DNA from: the human T2T-CHM13v2.0 reference genome, Homo sapiens
Reading direction: 5' to 3' (one strand)
Assembly (NCBI RefSeq): GCF_009914755.1
Contig: NC_060947.1
Length of the DNA stretch: 64,000 bases
A program made the translations under genes and the position numbers. Below the pieces are notes generated by a model that saw only the letters and a program-made list of their open reading frames with translations, did not search any database and had not been told where the DNA came from. This document shows positions 1 to 16,996 of the stretch, piece after piece; position 1 is the stretch's first letter, and each line of letters opens with the position of its first letter.

Positions 1-110
1 AGGGTTTTTATAGTTTTAGGTCTAACATGTAAGTCTTTAATCCATCATGAATTAATTTTTGTATAAGGTGTAAGGAAGGGATCCAGTTTCAGCTTTCTAC
101 ATATAACCAG

Positions 111-2938
<2,828 letters not shown>

Positions 2939-2994
2939 TTAGCTGGTTATTTTGCTCATTAGTTGATGCAGTTTCTTCCTAGCCTTTATGGTCT

Positions 2995-4011
2995 TTACAA
3001 TTTGGCATGTTTTTGCAGTGGCTGGTACCGGTTGTTCCTTTCCATGTTTAGTGCTTCCTTCAGGAGCTCTTTTAGGGCAGGCCTGGTGGTGACAAAATCT
3101 CTCAGCTTTTGCTTGTCTGTAAAGTATTTTGTTTCTCCTTCACTTATGAAGCTTAGTTTGGCTGGATATGAAATTCTGGGTTGAAAATTCTTTTCTTTAA
3201 GAATGTTGAATATTGGCCCCCACTCTCTTCTGGCTTGTAGAGTGTCTGCTGAGAAATCAGCTGTTAGTCTGATGGGCTTCCCTTTGTGGGTAACCCGACC
3301 TTTCTCTCTGGCTGCCCTTAACATTTTTTCCTTTATTTCAACTTTGGTGAATCTGACAATTATGTGTCTTGGAGTTGCTCTTCTTGAGGAGTGTCTTTGT
3401 GGCATTCTCTGTATTTCCTGAATTTGAATGTTGGCCTGCCTTGCTAGATTGGGGAAGTTCTCCTGGATAATATCCTGCAGAGTGTTTTCCAACTTGGTTC
3501 CATTCTTCCTGTCACTTTCAGGTACACCAATTAGACATAGATTTGGTCTTTTCACATAGTCCCATATTTCTTGGAGGCTTTGTTTGTTTCTTTTTATTCT
3601 TTTTTCTCTAAACTTCTCTTCATGCTTCATTTCATTCATTTCATCTTCCATCACTGATACCCTTTCTTCCAGTTGATCACATCAGTTACTGAGGCTTGTG
3701 CTTTCGTCACGTAGTTCTCATGCCGTGGTTTTCAGCTCCATCAGGTCTTTAAGGGCTTCTCTGCATTTGTTATTCTAGTTGTCCATTCGTCTAATTTTTT
3801 TTCAAAGTTTTTAACTTCTTTGCCATTGGTTCGAACTTCCTCCTTTAGCTCGGAGTAGTTTGATCTTCTGAAGTCTTCCTCTCTCAACTCATCAAAGTCA
3901 TTCTCCATCCAGTTTTGTTCTGTTGCTGGTAAGGAGCTGTGTTCCTTTGGAGGAGGAGAGGCACTCTGATTTTTAGAGTTTCCGGTTTTTCTGCTCTGTT
4001 TTTTCCCCGAT
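2995..4011 (-). pseudogene. L1 ORF1 (RNA chaperone), disrupted
   Basis: ORF 2995-3654 encodes the ORF1p C-terminal part (WDYVKRPNL...YPAKLSF...RYQPLQKHAKL). The start reads ATCGGGGAAAAAACAG instead of ATGGGGAAAAAACAG. Confidence 0.93.
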
Positions 4012-4586
4012 CTTTGTGGTTTTATCTACCTTTGGTCTTTGATGATGGTGATGTACAGATGGGTTTTTGGTGTGGATGTCCTTTCTGTTTGTTAGTTTTC
4101 CTTCTAACTGTCAGGACCCTCAGCTGCAGGTCTGTTGGAGTTTACTGGAGGTCCACTCCAGACCCTGTTTGCCTGGGTATCAGCAGTGGTGGCTGCAGAA
4201 CAGCGGATATTGGTGAACCGCAAATGCCGCTGCCTGATCGCTCCTCTGGAAATTTTGTCTCAGAGGAGTACCCGGCCGTGTGAGGTGTCAGTCTGCCCCT
4301 ACTGGAGGTTGCCTCCCAGTTAGGCTACTCGGGGGTCAGGGACCAACTTGAGGAGGCAGTCTGCCCGTTCTCAGATCTTAAGCTGCATGCTGGGAGAACC
4401 ACTACTCTCTTCAAAGCTGTCAGACTGGGACATTTAAGTCTGCAGAGGTTATTGCTGTCTTTTGTTTGTCTGTGCCCTGTCCCCAGAGGTGGAGCCTACA
4501 GAGGCAGGCAGGCCTCCTTGAGCTGTGGTGGGCTCCACCAACTTCGAGCTTCCTGGCTGCTTTGTTTACCTACTCAAGCATGAGCA

Positions 4587-5075
4587 ATGGCGGGCACCCC
4601 TCCCCCAGCCTCGCTGCCACCTTGCAGTTTGATCTCAGACTGCTGTGCTAGCAATAAGCAAGGCTCCGTGGGCGTAGGACCCTCCGAGCCAGGTGTGGGT
4701 TATAATCTCCTGGTGTGCCATTTGATAAGCCTGTTGGAAAAGCACAGTATTAGGGTGGGAGTGACCCGATTTTCCAGGTGCTGTCTGTCACCCCTTTCTT
4801 TGACTAGGAAAGGGAATTCCCTGACCCCTTGTGCTTCCTGGGTGAGGCGATGCCTCGCCCTGCTTCGGCTCATGCACGGTGCGCTGCACCCACTGTCCTG
4901 CACCCACTGTCCGGCACTCCCCAGTGAGATGAACCTGGTACCTCAGTTGGAAATGCAGAAATCACCCGTCTTCTGTGTCGCTCATGCTGGGAGCTGTAGA
5001 CTGGAGCTGTTCCTATTCGGCCATCTTGGCTCCACCCCACCATATATATATATATATATATATATATACACTTAA
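4587..5075 (+). CDS. L1 antisense ORF0 homolog, extended to 162 codons (expression unknown)
   Basis: MAGTPPPASLPPCSLISDCCASN...GVGPSEPGVGY...IRVGVTRFSRC matches the primate L1 ORF0 N-terminus, and the ATG is intact. Confidence 0.45.
   Translation: MAGTPPPASLPPCSLISDCCASNKQGSVGVGPSEPGVGYNLLVCHLISLLEKHSIRVGVTRFSRCCLSPLSLTRKGNSLTPCASWVRRCLALLRLMHGALHPLSCTHCPALPSEMNLVPQLEMQKSPVFCVAHAGSCRLELFLFGHLGSTPPYIYIYIYIYT
5042..5068. repeat. (TA)n microsatellite abutting the L1 5' end
   Basis: ATATATAT... run visible directly. Confidence 0.95.
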
Positions 5076-5365
5076 TAATGACAGGAGGGTTCAGAACACC
5101 ATCTTTTCCAAGAATTATGGATTTTGAGATTAGGAATGAAACATAATGAGCAAAAAAAACCATAGCATATTGAATATATGTCTTTAAATAAAATTAACTC
5201 AAAACATTACATTTATTTGCAGATGTGTCTGTCTTCTCTGTTAAATGCCAGGCACCTCGCACCTTGTGAGTAAGAATCATGCCTGCTTTGACTTTTTTAA
5301 AAAACAGATCTATTGATGAATAATTCATATGCCACAAAATTCTCCTATTTCAAGTATACAATTTA

Positions 5366-5720
<355 letters not shown>

Positions 5721-5955
5721 TAATATTTCCATCACTCCAAAAAGATTATGCATGCTGTCTGCAATCCCCACCCTCTACCCTCAACACTAGGTAACCTTTA
5801 AATTGCTTTCTGTCTCTATAGATTTCTCTATTCTGATTATGTCATATACATGGAATCATATAACATGTGGTCTTTTGCATCTGGCTTATTTCCCTTAGTG
5901 TAATGTTTTTGAGGTTCATCCATGTTACCACATGTATCAGTACTTTGTCCTTTAA

Positions 5956-6261
<306 letters not shown>

Positions 6262-6741
6262 CACACATTTTTTAATCCATTTATCAGTTGATGGACATTT
6301 GGATTATTTCCATTCTTTGGCTATTACAAATTACATTCCCATGGACATTGGTGTACACATTTTTGCATGTTATAATATGTTTTCATTTCTCTAGATATTT
6401 AGAGAATTGCTGGATTTTATGGTAACTTTAAGAAACTGCCAAACTGATTTTTAAATTGGCTGTCCTGTTTTACATTCCCACCAGCAATGTATGAACGCTT
6501 TAGTTTTTCCACATCCTTACCATCATTCTATGAGTATGAAATGGTGGTTCATTATGGTTTTAATTTGCATTTCCCTGAAGATTAATAACGTAGAACACCT
6601 TTTCATGTGCTTATTGGTCATTTATAGATCTTCTTTGGTCAAATATGCATTCAAAACTTTGGCCCATTGCCCATTTTTTGAGTTGCTTGTCTTATTATTA
6701 TTTAGTTGTAGGAGCTCTTTGTACATTCTGGCTGGACGTAA

Positions 6742-7113
<372 letters not shown>

Positions 7114-7288
7114 CTTTTCATTTTCTTAATAGTGTCATTTAAAGCACAAAAATTTTATAATTTTGATGAAATCCAGTTTATCAATTTGTTCTTTCATGTT
7201 TTGTGCATATCTAAGAGATTTTTGCCTAACCCAAGGTAACCAAGCGTCTTAGTTCATTTTGTGATGCTATAACAGAATACCTAGGTAC

Positions 7289-9079
7289 TTTATTTTATTC
7301 TATTTATTTGTTTTTTTAAACAAAACTAGCTTTAATTTGTCCAAAAGCCACACACAGCTGTCTAGAAACTGTTTCTGGAAGGGAAGCCAAGAGGGAGTCC
7401 ATTATGCACAGGGTCAGGAGGCCTCTAGAAGTTTTCAAGCAAGCCCAGGATGTGCTTTTGCTCCTTCTCCCGGAACTCCGCATACCCCTTGATGATATGC
7501 CTGACAATTTTGATGGAGCGTCCTCACATGTTTAGGATCTGGTGAACCCTCTGGCAAATCTGGGGGACACTGGCATTGCAGATCTTGGACATAATGCAGC
7601 AGATGCACTGGAGAACAAACAGCTCTGCATCCAAGCACTGGAGGTAGAACTCATCCCCCATGTCACTGTCTATGATCTCTCCACGCTAGACCATGTCACG
7701 TTTTTCCCCTTCATTCCTCTTGTCTGCCACCTGCATTGCACCCAGATATTGAAAATGCAACTCCATTAGTCTGTCAGCCTACTCACTGTCATTTTCAGTG
7801 AATTTATTCAGAAGCCGGGTTCACTGATGCCCTCTCAGGTTCCACAAAAGGGAAGCCAGAACGGAACAGACATGCTGTTTGTGTTCCTTGTCAGTGGTAC
7901 CCACTTTCTTGATCTTCCTGGGAAATTCCATAAAGAGGGGAAAGATGGTTCATAAGCCAAGAATGTCAACAAATTTACCGCAGTTGTAGATGCCCTCGGG
8001 TGCAATCAGCACTTTCAGGACCCTGCTCCGTGAGATCTTCTTTTCCCTGAGCATGAGATTCATTACCTGAAGACCCTCGCCCTTCAGGAAGTGCTCACGA
8101 TTGGAAGTGAGCATTAGTTAGAAGCAGAGTGAATCAAACAGATTCTCCATCATCTCCTGCTCCTTTGCTGTGCTGGGATTGTGTCTTTTAAACACAGATA
8201 ACTGTGAAGAAGTGCATCAATTCTATCCAGCTCCCCAAGCAATTTCCTGTTTTCATCATTGTCCTGGAGCAATATGGCCTGCATTTCACTGCAATACAGT
8301 TTGTTGGCATCAAAAGGCTTCTTTGCCTTCAGCCTCTTCAACAGCCACTGAGGAAGACCCTGCTGCGCACCTTTTGTACACATCTCCAGCTAGAACTCAG
8401 CCATGTTTTCCACAATAACAAGAGTGTTATGGACACCATTGACCTGCTCCTTCACAGACTCATCCAGGCGCTCCACGTTCTGCACCAGCAGCGCTATCAC
8501 GTGCCCATCCACCAGAGCATCAATGAGTACTTCTGCTCCCTCTCCACTCTCATAGAAGATGTCTATATCTGTTAATTCCTGACTCAAATCAACCCCAGCT
8601 ATGGACACGTCTGTATTATTGTGTCCAAGCAAACCAAGAAGTGACTGCACAGCATTCAGCTCCAGCAAGAGGTACAGGTCTGGCATGGTGGCCACCAAGT
8701 GCATCTTCTGAATGATGTCATGTAGGTCCAGTTGGGATTCCATGAACTTCTCTGGATTGTCTGGAAACTTAATCTGCAATTCTTGGTTTTTATATGCTCA
8801 CTATTCAAATGCAAGGATCATTTTCTTCACTGAGCTTTCATCCAATGGCTCCTCCTCTTTCTCTTCCTCCTCACCCTCTGTGTCAATAATCTGAAGCAGC
8901 AAATGTTTGTCATCCTCTGCTTCTTCCACCACAATCATTTCCTCTTCCCAATCTTGAGTACTAGTTTGTTTCTGATGCATCTTCTGCTCCTCCTCTTTGC
9001 CATCTCGGGGACGTTTTATGCCCCTGTTGGGCTGGTAGCTCAGAAGTTTGCCCATGTCCGTGGTCCCTGGCACAGCCAA
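7289..9079 (-). pseudogene. CTNNBL1P1: Processed pseudogene of CTNNBL1 (beta-catenin-like 1)
   Basis: Intronless fragments LLSYQPNRG.KRPRD, IKFPDNPEKFMES, ELNAVQSLLGLLGH and FDANKLYCSE. The start is ATG>ACG at 9059-61, with many stops and frameshifts. ATTAAA at 7331-36 precedes a decayed poly(A). The P1 designation is from recall. Confidence 0.93.
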
Positions 9080-10032
9080 CCTGTGTAATTCATAAAGAAC
9101 AGAAATTTATTTCTTACAGTTTTGGAGGCTGGAAAGTCCAAGATCAAGGCACCAGAAGGTTTGGCATCTGGCTAGGGCCCAGTCTCTGCTTCCAAGGTAA
9201 CACCTTGAATGCTGTATCCTCCAGAGGGGAGGAACACTGTTCTTCATGTGGCACAAGAGCAGAAAAAAAGAGAGAACCCATTCCAGAAATCCTCATTTTA
9301 AAAACATTAAACCCACCCATGAGGGCAGAGCCCTCACAACCTAATCACCTCTTAAAGGTCCCATTTCCCAATTCCATTACAATGGCAATTAAATTTCAAC
9401 ATGAGCTTTGGAGGGGACAAACATTCAAACCATAGCATTCCACCCATTGCCCCCCAAAACTCACATTCTTCTCATATGCAAAACACTTTCATTCCATCCC
9501 AATAGACCCCAAAATCTTAACCATTTTAGCACCAACACATAAGTCCAAAATCTAGAATCTCACCTAAATCATATATGGGTGAGACTCAAGGCACGATTTA
9601 TTCTGCGGCAAATTCCCTCCAGCCATAAGCCTGTGAAATCAAGTTATCTACTTCCAAAATACAGTGGTGGAACAGGCATAGGATAGACATTCCCAGTCTA
9701 AAAGGAAGTAACAGACAAGAAGAAAGGGGTAACTGATCCCCAATATGTTCAGAACCCAACAGGGTGAACAACATCAAATCTTAAGGCTCCAGAACAATCT
9801 TCCTTGAATCCATGTCCCACCTTTTGGGCACACTAGAATGGGCTATGTGCTTCCAAGACCTCAGGCAGCCACTCCCCCATGACTTTGCTGGACTCAGCCC
9901 ATGCAGCAGTTTTCATGGGTTGAAGACTTGGGCCTGCAGCTTTCCCAGACTAGGACTGCATACTGGTGAGTCTACATTTCTGGGGTCTCTGCAGCAGCCC
10001 TAAGCCCACAGTTCCACTGGGCATTGTCCTAG

Positions 10033-10555
10033 TGATAGCGACAGGAGGCAGCCAAATGCCTAGGCAGTTGGGATGGGTACCCAGTGAAACCCCAACTCCA
10101 AGCCAAAGACAGTTTAAAGCCTGAAAGCCAAGCTACAAGTTAAATCCTCAGACTGGATTGAGAACTTGTCTTCCTGTGTGGCGCACTTTCCTCTGATTGA
10201 TCCCCTCCCTTTACCTATTTTACCTATACCTACCCTTCCCTAATTGGTTTTCTACAGTCATGCCCATCTTTGAGTGGTGTCTTTGCTTTAACCTTTTTTG
10301 CATACTCACAAACCAATCAACATGCCCTCCCCATTCTGAGTCCATAAAAGGTCCCGGATCCAGCCACATGGGGGACTTTTCCCGCCTTCAAATAGGGAAA
10401 CCTCCACCCCTTGACATCCCCTCTCTGCTGAGAGTTTTCCTTTCACTTAATAACTTCTACTCCACTCACTCTCCGGCATTCACATGCCTAATTCTTCCTG
10501 CTTGTGAGACGAGAACTCAGACTTAGCTCAGCTAAGGGGCAGAAAGACCGTAACA
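10033..10555 (+). mobile_element. Solo ERV1-class LTR (LTR9-like) nested in the MaLR internal region
   Basis: TGATAGCGACAGGAGGCAGCCAAATGCC...GTAACA with TG/CA ends and a perfect 4-bp TSD CTAG (10029-32/10556-59). Confidence 0.85.
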
Positions 10556-11691
10556 CTAGCGGAAGCTCTCTGTGGTAGCTCTGCCCCTATGACAAGTTTC
10601 TACTTGGGCCCCCAAGCTGTCCACGACATCCTTTGAAATCTAGGTGAAGGAAGCCATGGCCTCACATTTCTTGCATTCTGTGGGGCTGCAGAATTAGCAC
10701 CACCTGAATGTAACCAAGGCTTAATGTTTGAATCTTTCAGAATAGCAGGTTGAATTGCACCTGGGCTTGCTTGAGCCATAGCTGGAACAGCCAAGGAGTG
10801 CTGCACTGGAATGCAGGAAGCAGATACTTGAGGTAGCAAAGGGCAGCAAATGCTGAGATCCCATAGCCCTCTCTCTAGAAACCTTGCCCTCAAGGTCCCA
10901 GTGCTCTGAGACTGTGATGGAAGGGGCAGCCTCAAAGATCACCATAATGACTTTAGGTTAATTCTCCATTGTCTTGATGAATAGCATCTGGCTTCCTTTT
11001 ATCTGTATTAATCTCCTTATCAAATGGTCCTTTGGCCACACTTTTGGTTTTCTCTCCTAAACATGCCTTTTGATTCTTTACTTAGCCAGGATTTTCCAAA
11101 TCCTTATGTTCCTCTTCCCTTTTAATTATACATTCCATGTTTAAATCATTTCTCTCTTCTTGCATTTAACTATATGCAATTAGAAGAAGTCAGACAACAC
11201 CCTGAATGCTTTGCTACTTATATGTTCTTCTGTCATATCCTAGTTCATTGCTTTTAAGTTCTGCTTTCCACAAAACCTTCAGACATGGGTACAATTCAGC
11301 CAAGTTATTTGCCATTTTATGACAAAGAAGGACTTTACTGTAGTTTATGATACCTTGTTTCTCATTTCCATCTGAAATCTCACCAGAATTACCTTTACCA
11401 TTCATATTTCTACCAACATTCTGATCATGACTACTTAGTGATCTTTCAGAAATTTCGGACTTTCCTGACTGCTCTCTTCTTCTGAGCCCTCACCAGAATC
11501 GCTCTAAACACTTTATTCATGGCAATATAGGCTTTTGCTAGGATACTCCTCCAAGTTCTTCCAGCCTATAACCACCACCCAGTTTCAAAGTAGCTTCCAG
11601 ATTTTCAGGTATATGTTATAGCAACAGCCCTATTTCTGAGTACCAAAATCTGTATTCGTTGGGGTTCTCCAGAGAGAGACAGAGCCAATAG

Positions 11692-11741
11692 GATAGATAC
11701 ATGATAGGTAGATAAGTGATAGATAAATAGATAGATAGATA
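11692..11741. repeat. Imperfect (TAGA)n inside the MLT2 LTR
   Basis: gatagatac...atagatagatag. Confidence 0.85.
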
Positions 11742-12021
11742 AGAGGGGATTTATTAGGAGAATTTGCTCATGTGCTTATAGAGGCTTAGAAATCCCATGA
11801 TAGGCTATCTGCAAGCTAAAGAACCAGAGAGGCTGGTAACATGGCTCAGTCCAAGTCTGAAGGCCACAGAACCAGAGAATCGAATGGTGTAACTCTCGGT
11901 CCAATGTCAAAGTCCTGAGAACCTAGGAGGTTGCTGGTGCAAGTCCCAAAATCCAAAGGCTGGAGAACTTGAAGTTCTGATGTCCAAGGGCAGAAGAAGA
12001 AGGGTGTCCCAGCTCCAGGAC

Positions 12022-12056
<35 letters not shown>
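12022..12056. repeat. (AG)n microsatellite inside the MLT2 LTR
   Basis: agagagag run. Confidence 0.9.
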
Positions 12057-12989
12057 ACACGAATTCACCTTTCCTCTGCCTTTTTCTTCTATCTGGGCCC
12101 CCAGCCAACTGGATGGTGCCCATCCACATTGAGGGTGATCTTCCCCACTCAGTCCACTGACTACACACCAATCTCTTCTGGAAACACCCTCACGGATACA
12201 CTCAGAAATAATGTTTTACCAGTTTTCCAGGTATCCCTTCATCTAGTCAAGTTGACACCTAAAATTAACCATCACACCAAAGTTTTCTCTTATGTTTTTC
12301 TCTAAAAGTTTTAGCACTAAAATTTAGGTCTTTGACCCATTTCAAGTGAATTTTTGTGTATAGTGTGAGGTAAGAGTGCAAATTCATCCTTTTGCATGTG
12401 GACATCCAATTGTCCCAGCAACTATCATTGAAAACACTATCCTTTCTCCATTGAATTGTCCTGGCACCTTTGTCAAAAATCCATTCACCATAAATGGAAG
12501 GGTTTATTTCTGGACTCGATTCTGTACCATCATCTGTCTTCATGACAATATCACACTGTCTTTTTAAACTTATTTTTAGAATAGTTTTTAAAAATTTTTA
12601 AATTGACAAATAAAAATTGTGTGTATTTATGTTGTACAACATGATATTTTGAAATATGTATACACTGTGGGATGGCTAAATCAAGCTCATTAACATGTAC
12701 ATTACCACACATACTTATCATTTATTTGTGATGATAATATTTGAAATCTACTGTCTTAGCAATTTTCAAGTATACAATACATTGTTATTAGCTGTAGTCA
12801 CTGTATTGTACAATAGATCTCTTACGCTTATTCCTCCTGGCTGTAAAATTTTGTATCCTTTGACCAACGCTGTCTTGATTACTGCGGCTTTATAGTAATT
12901 TCTGAAATCAGAAAGTGAAAGTATTTCAACTTCTGTTTTTTTTCAAAAATCTCTTTGTTATTCTGAGTCCTATTAAGATCAGCTTATAA

Positions 12990-13340
<351 letters not shown>

Positions 13341-13707
13341 CACTTATGTGTAGTTCTATTTTGATTCTCTGTCTCTACTTGAATCATTTTTGGTAATTTG
13401 TTTATTTCTAGCAATTTGTCCACTTCACCTACATTGTCTTTAAATTCCTTTGTTGAATTGTTTTGCTACATATTTAAAAGTTATTTTCTTAGTTGTTGCT
13501 CTAGGGATTACAATATGAATCTTAACCTGTCACTCTCTACTTCATAGTCATTACTAATTACCTTTGGCAAAATATAAAAAATTTGTACTAATATCATATA
13601 TGTCCACTTCTCCCCCCTACACACACTCTGCTATTATTTTCATATATGCATTATATTTTTATATGTTATAAGCATAAAAATCATTTTATAAGAATTGTTT
13701 TATGTAA

Positions 13708-14060
<353 letters not shown>

Positions 14061-15049
14061 TTATATAATATTGTATATTTACCTACAGATTTACCTTTTC
14101 TGGAGCTTTGTATTTCTCTGAGTGAATCAGAGCTACCATCTAGTGTCATTTCCTGTCAGTGTGAAGGATTTTATTTTTTCTAGAAAAACACCTATGTCTA
14201 TGAGAAATAAGGTTACTTTGGGTTTACAAAATACTGGATAACTAACCCAGAGGCAGATACAAGGCTAAAATGGGAAGGATACAAATATTCTATTTGTATC
14301 CCATTAATTCCTGGTACATTCATATTTTGACATGGTGTTTCTACATATTTTGGAAAATGCAACCATGAGGTGGCCAACAAATCTTTGGATTATCCCCCTC
14401 CAACCTATGTGAGAGTAGGTTGCAGATTCCTTCTTTGAAAAAAAACGTTAATAGGAAAATCTTGCAGTAGAGAGCACTTCGTCACTTTGATATGGACATC
14501 ACCACTACCACCTCAAGCTAAGAGAGGGTCCACGAGATAACTCAGAATAACAGAGGTTGCCTTCCATATGGAGAGACTGACATCTGCTTCTGCCCCAGGT
14601 GCTGAGCTGTAGAAACGTATAGACCTACCCAATTCTGTCTCTGGGATACAGCTTGAGGGAGTTTTTGGTAAAGCTTGACATGTCCTCAGAGTTTTAGAAT
14701 GTAGATAAGGACAGAGACTGATGACTGCTTCTACCTGGATAAACCTGTAGAGAGGAGGCTCGTGTAGCAGCCTGACATGGCAGGGTAAGGAAAGCGAGTC
14801 TAGACAGCGTGTATGTCCAGAGTTTGGTGGGGTGAAGATGTGTGGGTTTTTCCCAGGGGCCAAGAAGGCAGCCAGTTGGAAGAATCTTGAAGGGTGGTGA
14901 CCCAAGTGGACAGGTTGTCAGGTGAGGAAACTGGTGGTAGGAGTAACTCCTGTGGTAGAAACTGAGACAGTAAGTAATTGAGTTCAGGAGTATTTGCAAA
15001 TTCTGTCTTTTTGGGCTTTTGGGGGCCATCAGAACATCCCTATATATTC

Positions 15050-15337
15050 TTTTTTTTTTTTTTTTTTTTTTTGAGGCAGAGTTTCACTCTTGTTGCCCAG
15101 ACTGGAGTACAATGGGGCCATCTCGGCTTACTTCAAGCTCCACCTCCCAGGTTCAAGCAATTCTGCTTCGGCCTCCGAAGTAACTGGGACTGCGGACGTG
15201 CACCACCACACTCGGCTAATTTTTGTATTTTTAGCAGAGATGGGGTTTCACCGTGTTGGCTAGGCTGGTCTTGAACTCCTGACCTCATGATCCACCTGCC
15301 TCAGCCTCCCAAAGTGCTGGGATTACACCCCGCGCCA
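15050..15337 (-). mobile_element. Alu (AluS-like)
   Basis: Reverse Alu with TSD CAGAACATCCYTATATTCT. Confidence 0.93.
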
Positions 15338-15587
15338 GAACATCCTTATATTCTCTCCACTACTTCTCTGTATTGCTGCTAAACCTGTACAGGACCTACA
15401 AAGGTCTTGCCGTTGTCAATGGTTTGGTTGCAACCATTTGCATTCTGGTGTTCCTGGGGATGCTCGTCACCTCGTTTTGTTCATAATGTAATCTGGGAAA
15501 TTTTTTCTTTTGCCATCATAATGGTTCTTTGCTATCATAATGGTTTTAAGATAGCATTTAGGGAGATCAAAAACTACACTATAAGCA

Positions 15588-16114
<527 letters not shown>

Positions 16115-16596
16115 TTAATAATGACCAAGAACACTTCATGGGTAATATTGTGCAACCACTTTAATGATGCTAAGTTTTCTAACTAGCAAGTAATCTGTGG
16201 ACTGACATTTTAGAGAGCGGGATGTTAGCATCGTGTTCAAAAACAACTTTTATTGAATGTTTTTAACATCCCTCAAGGATCTTTGCCTGAATCAATTATT
16301 ACACTGAGGCTTGCAAAATAGTGATTTACTAATTACACAATTATTTGTATATTTATTAGGTGGCATTCTTTTATAAATAATGGCTGTAGTAAATAATGTG
16401 TTGCTCTGCTCAGATCTCCTCTTCAGGGCCAACACACTATCCTCCTACTTCTGGGAAAATCAGCTACTGACTTCACAGCTATGTCCCTCATTTCAAACTG
16501 ACCTTGGCTACAGAGAACTGCTTTACTCAAGGCTACCCACCCCTTTCACCCCTCAAGGAACAGGCAGTAGTCAATGAGTATCTGATGTAGAAATAC

Positions 16597-16996
16597 AAGT
16601 CATGCATGGCTTACTGATGGGGATACATTCTGAGAAATGCTCGCTCCTTTAGACAATTTCATCCATGTGCGAACATCATGAGTGTATTTACACAAACCTA
16701 GATGGTATCATCTACTGCACACCTAGGCTACATGGCATAGCCTATTGTTTCTAGGCTACAAACCAGTACAGTGTATGACTGTACTGGATACTATAGGCAA
16801 TTGTCACACAATGGTAAGTATTTGTGTACATAAACATATCTAAATGTAGAGAAGGTAGTGCATCATGCTAAGATGTTATGACAGCTACAATGTCACTAGA
16901 TGATAGGAATTTTTCAGCTTCATTATAATCTTGTGGGATCACAGTTGTATATGCGGTCTGACATTGACTAAAACATTCTTAGGCAGTGCATGACTC
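16597..16996 (+). mobile_element. TcMar-Tigger MITE (Tigger3/MER7-like) inside an old LTR16-like element
   Basis: Inverted termini CAAGTCATGCA...TGCATGACTC flanked by TA; GGGGATACATTCTGAGAAATGC motif. Confidence 0.75.

Larger units (their letters stand above)
7245..12276 (-). mobile_element. Chimeric class III LTR element: MLT2B-type 5' LTR (11651-12276) + MST-type MaLR internal (9438-11650) + MSTC-type 3' LTR (7245-9437)
   Basis: Termini are (c)GTCTTAGTT and ...AACCATCACA, with a 5-bp TSD CCAAG (7240-44)/CCAAA (12277-81). The internal region resembles 26658-30040, and the host L1M is contiguous across the insertion. Confidence 0.8.
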
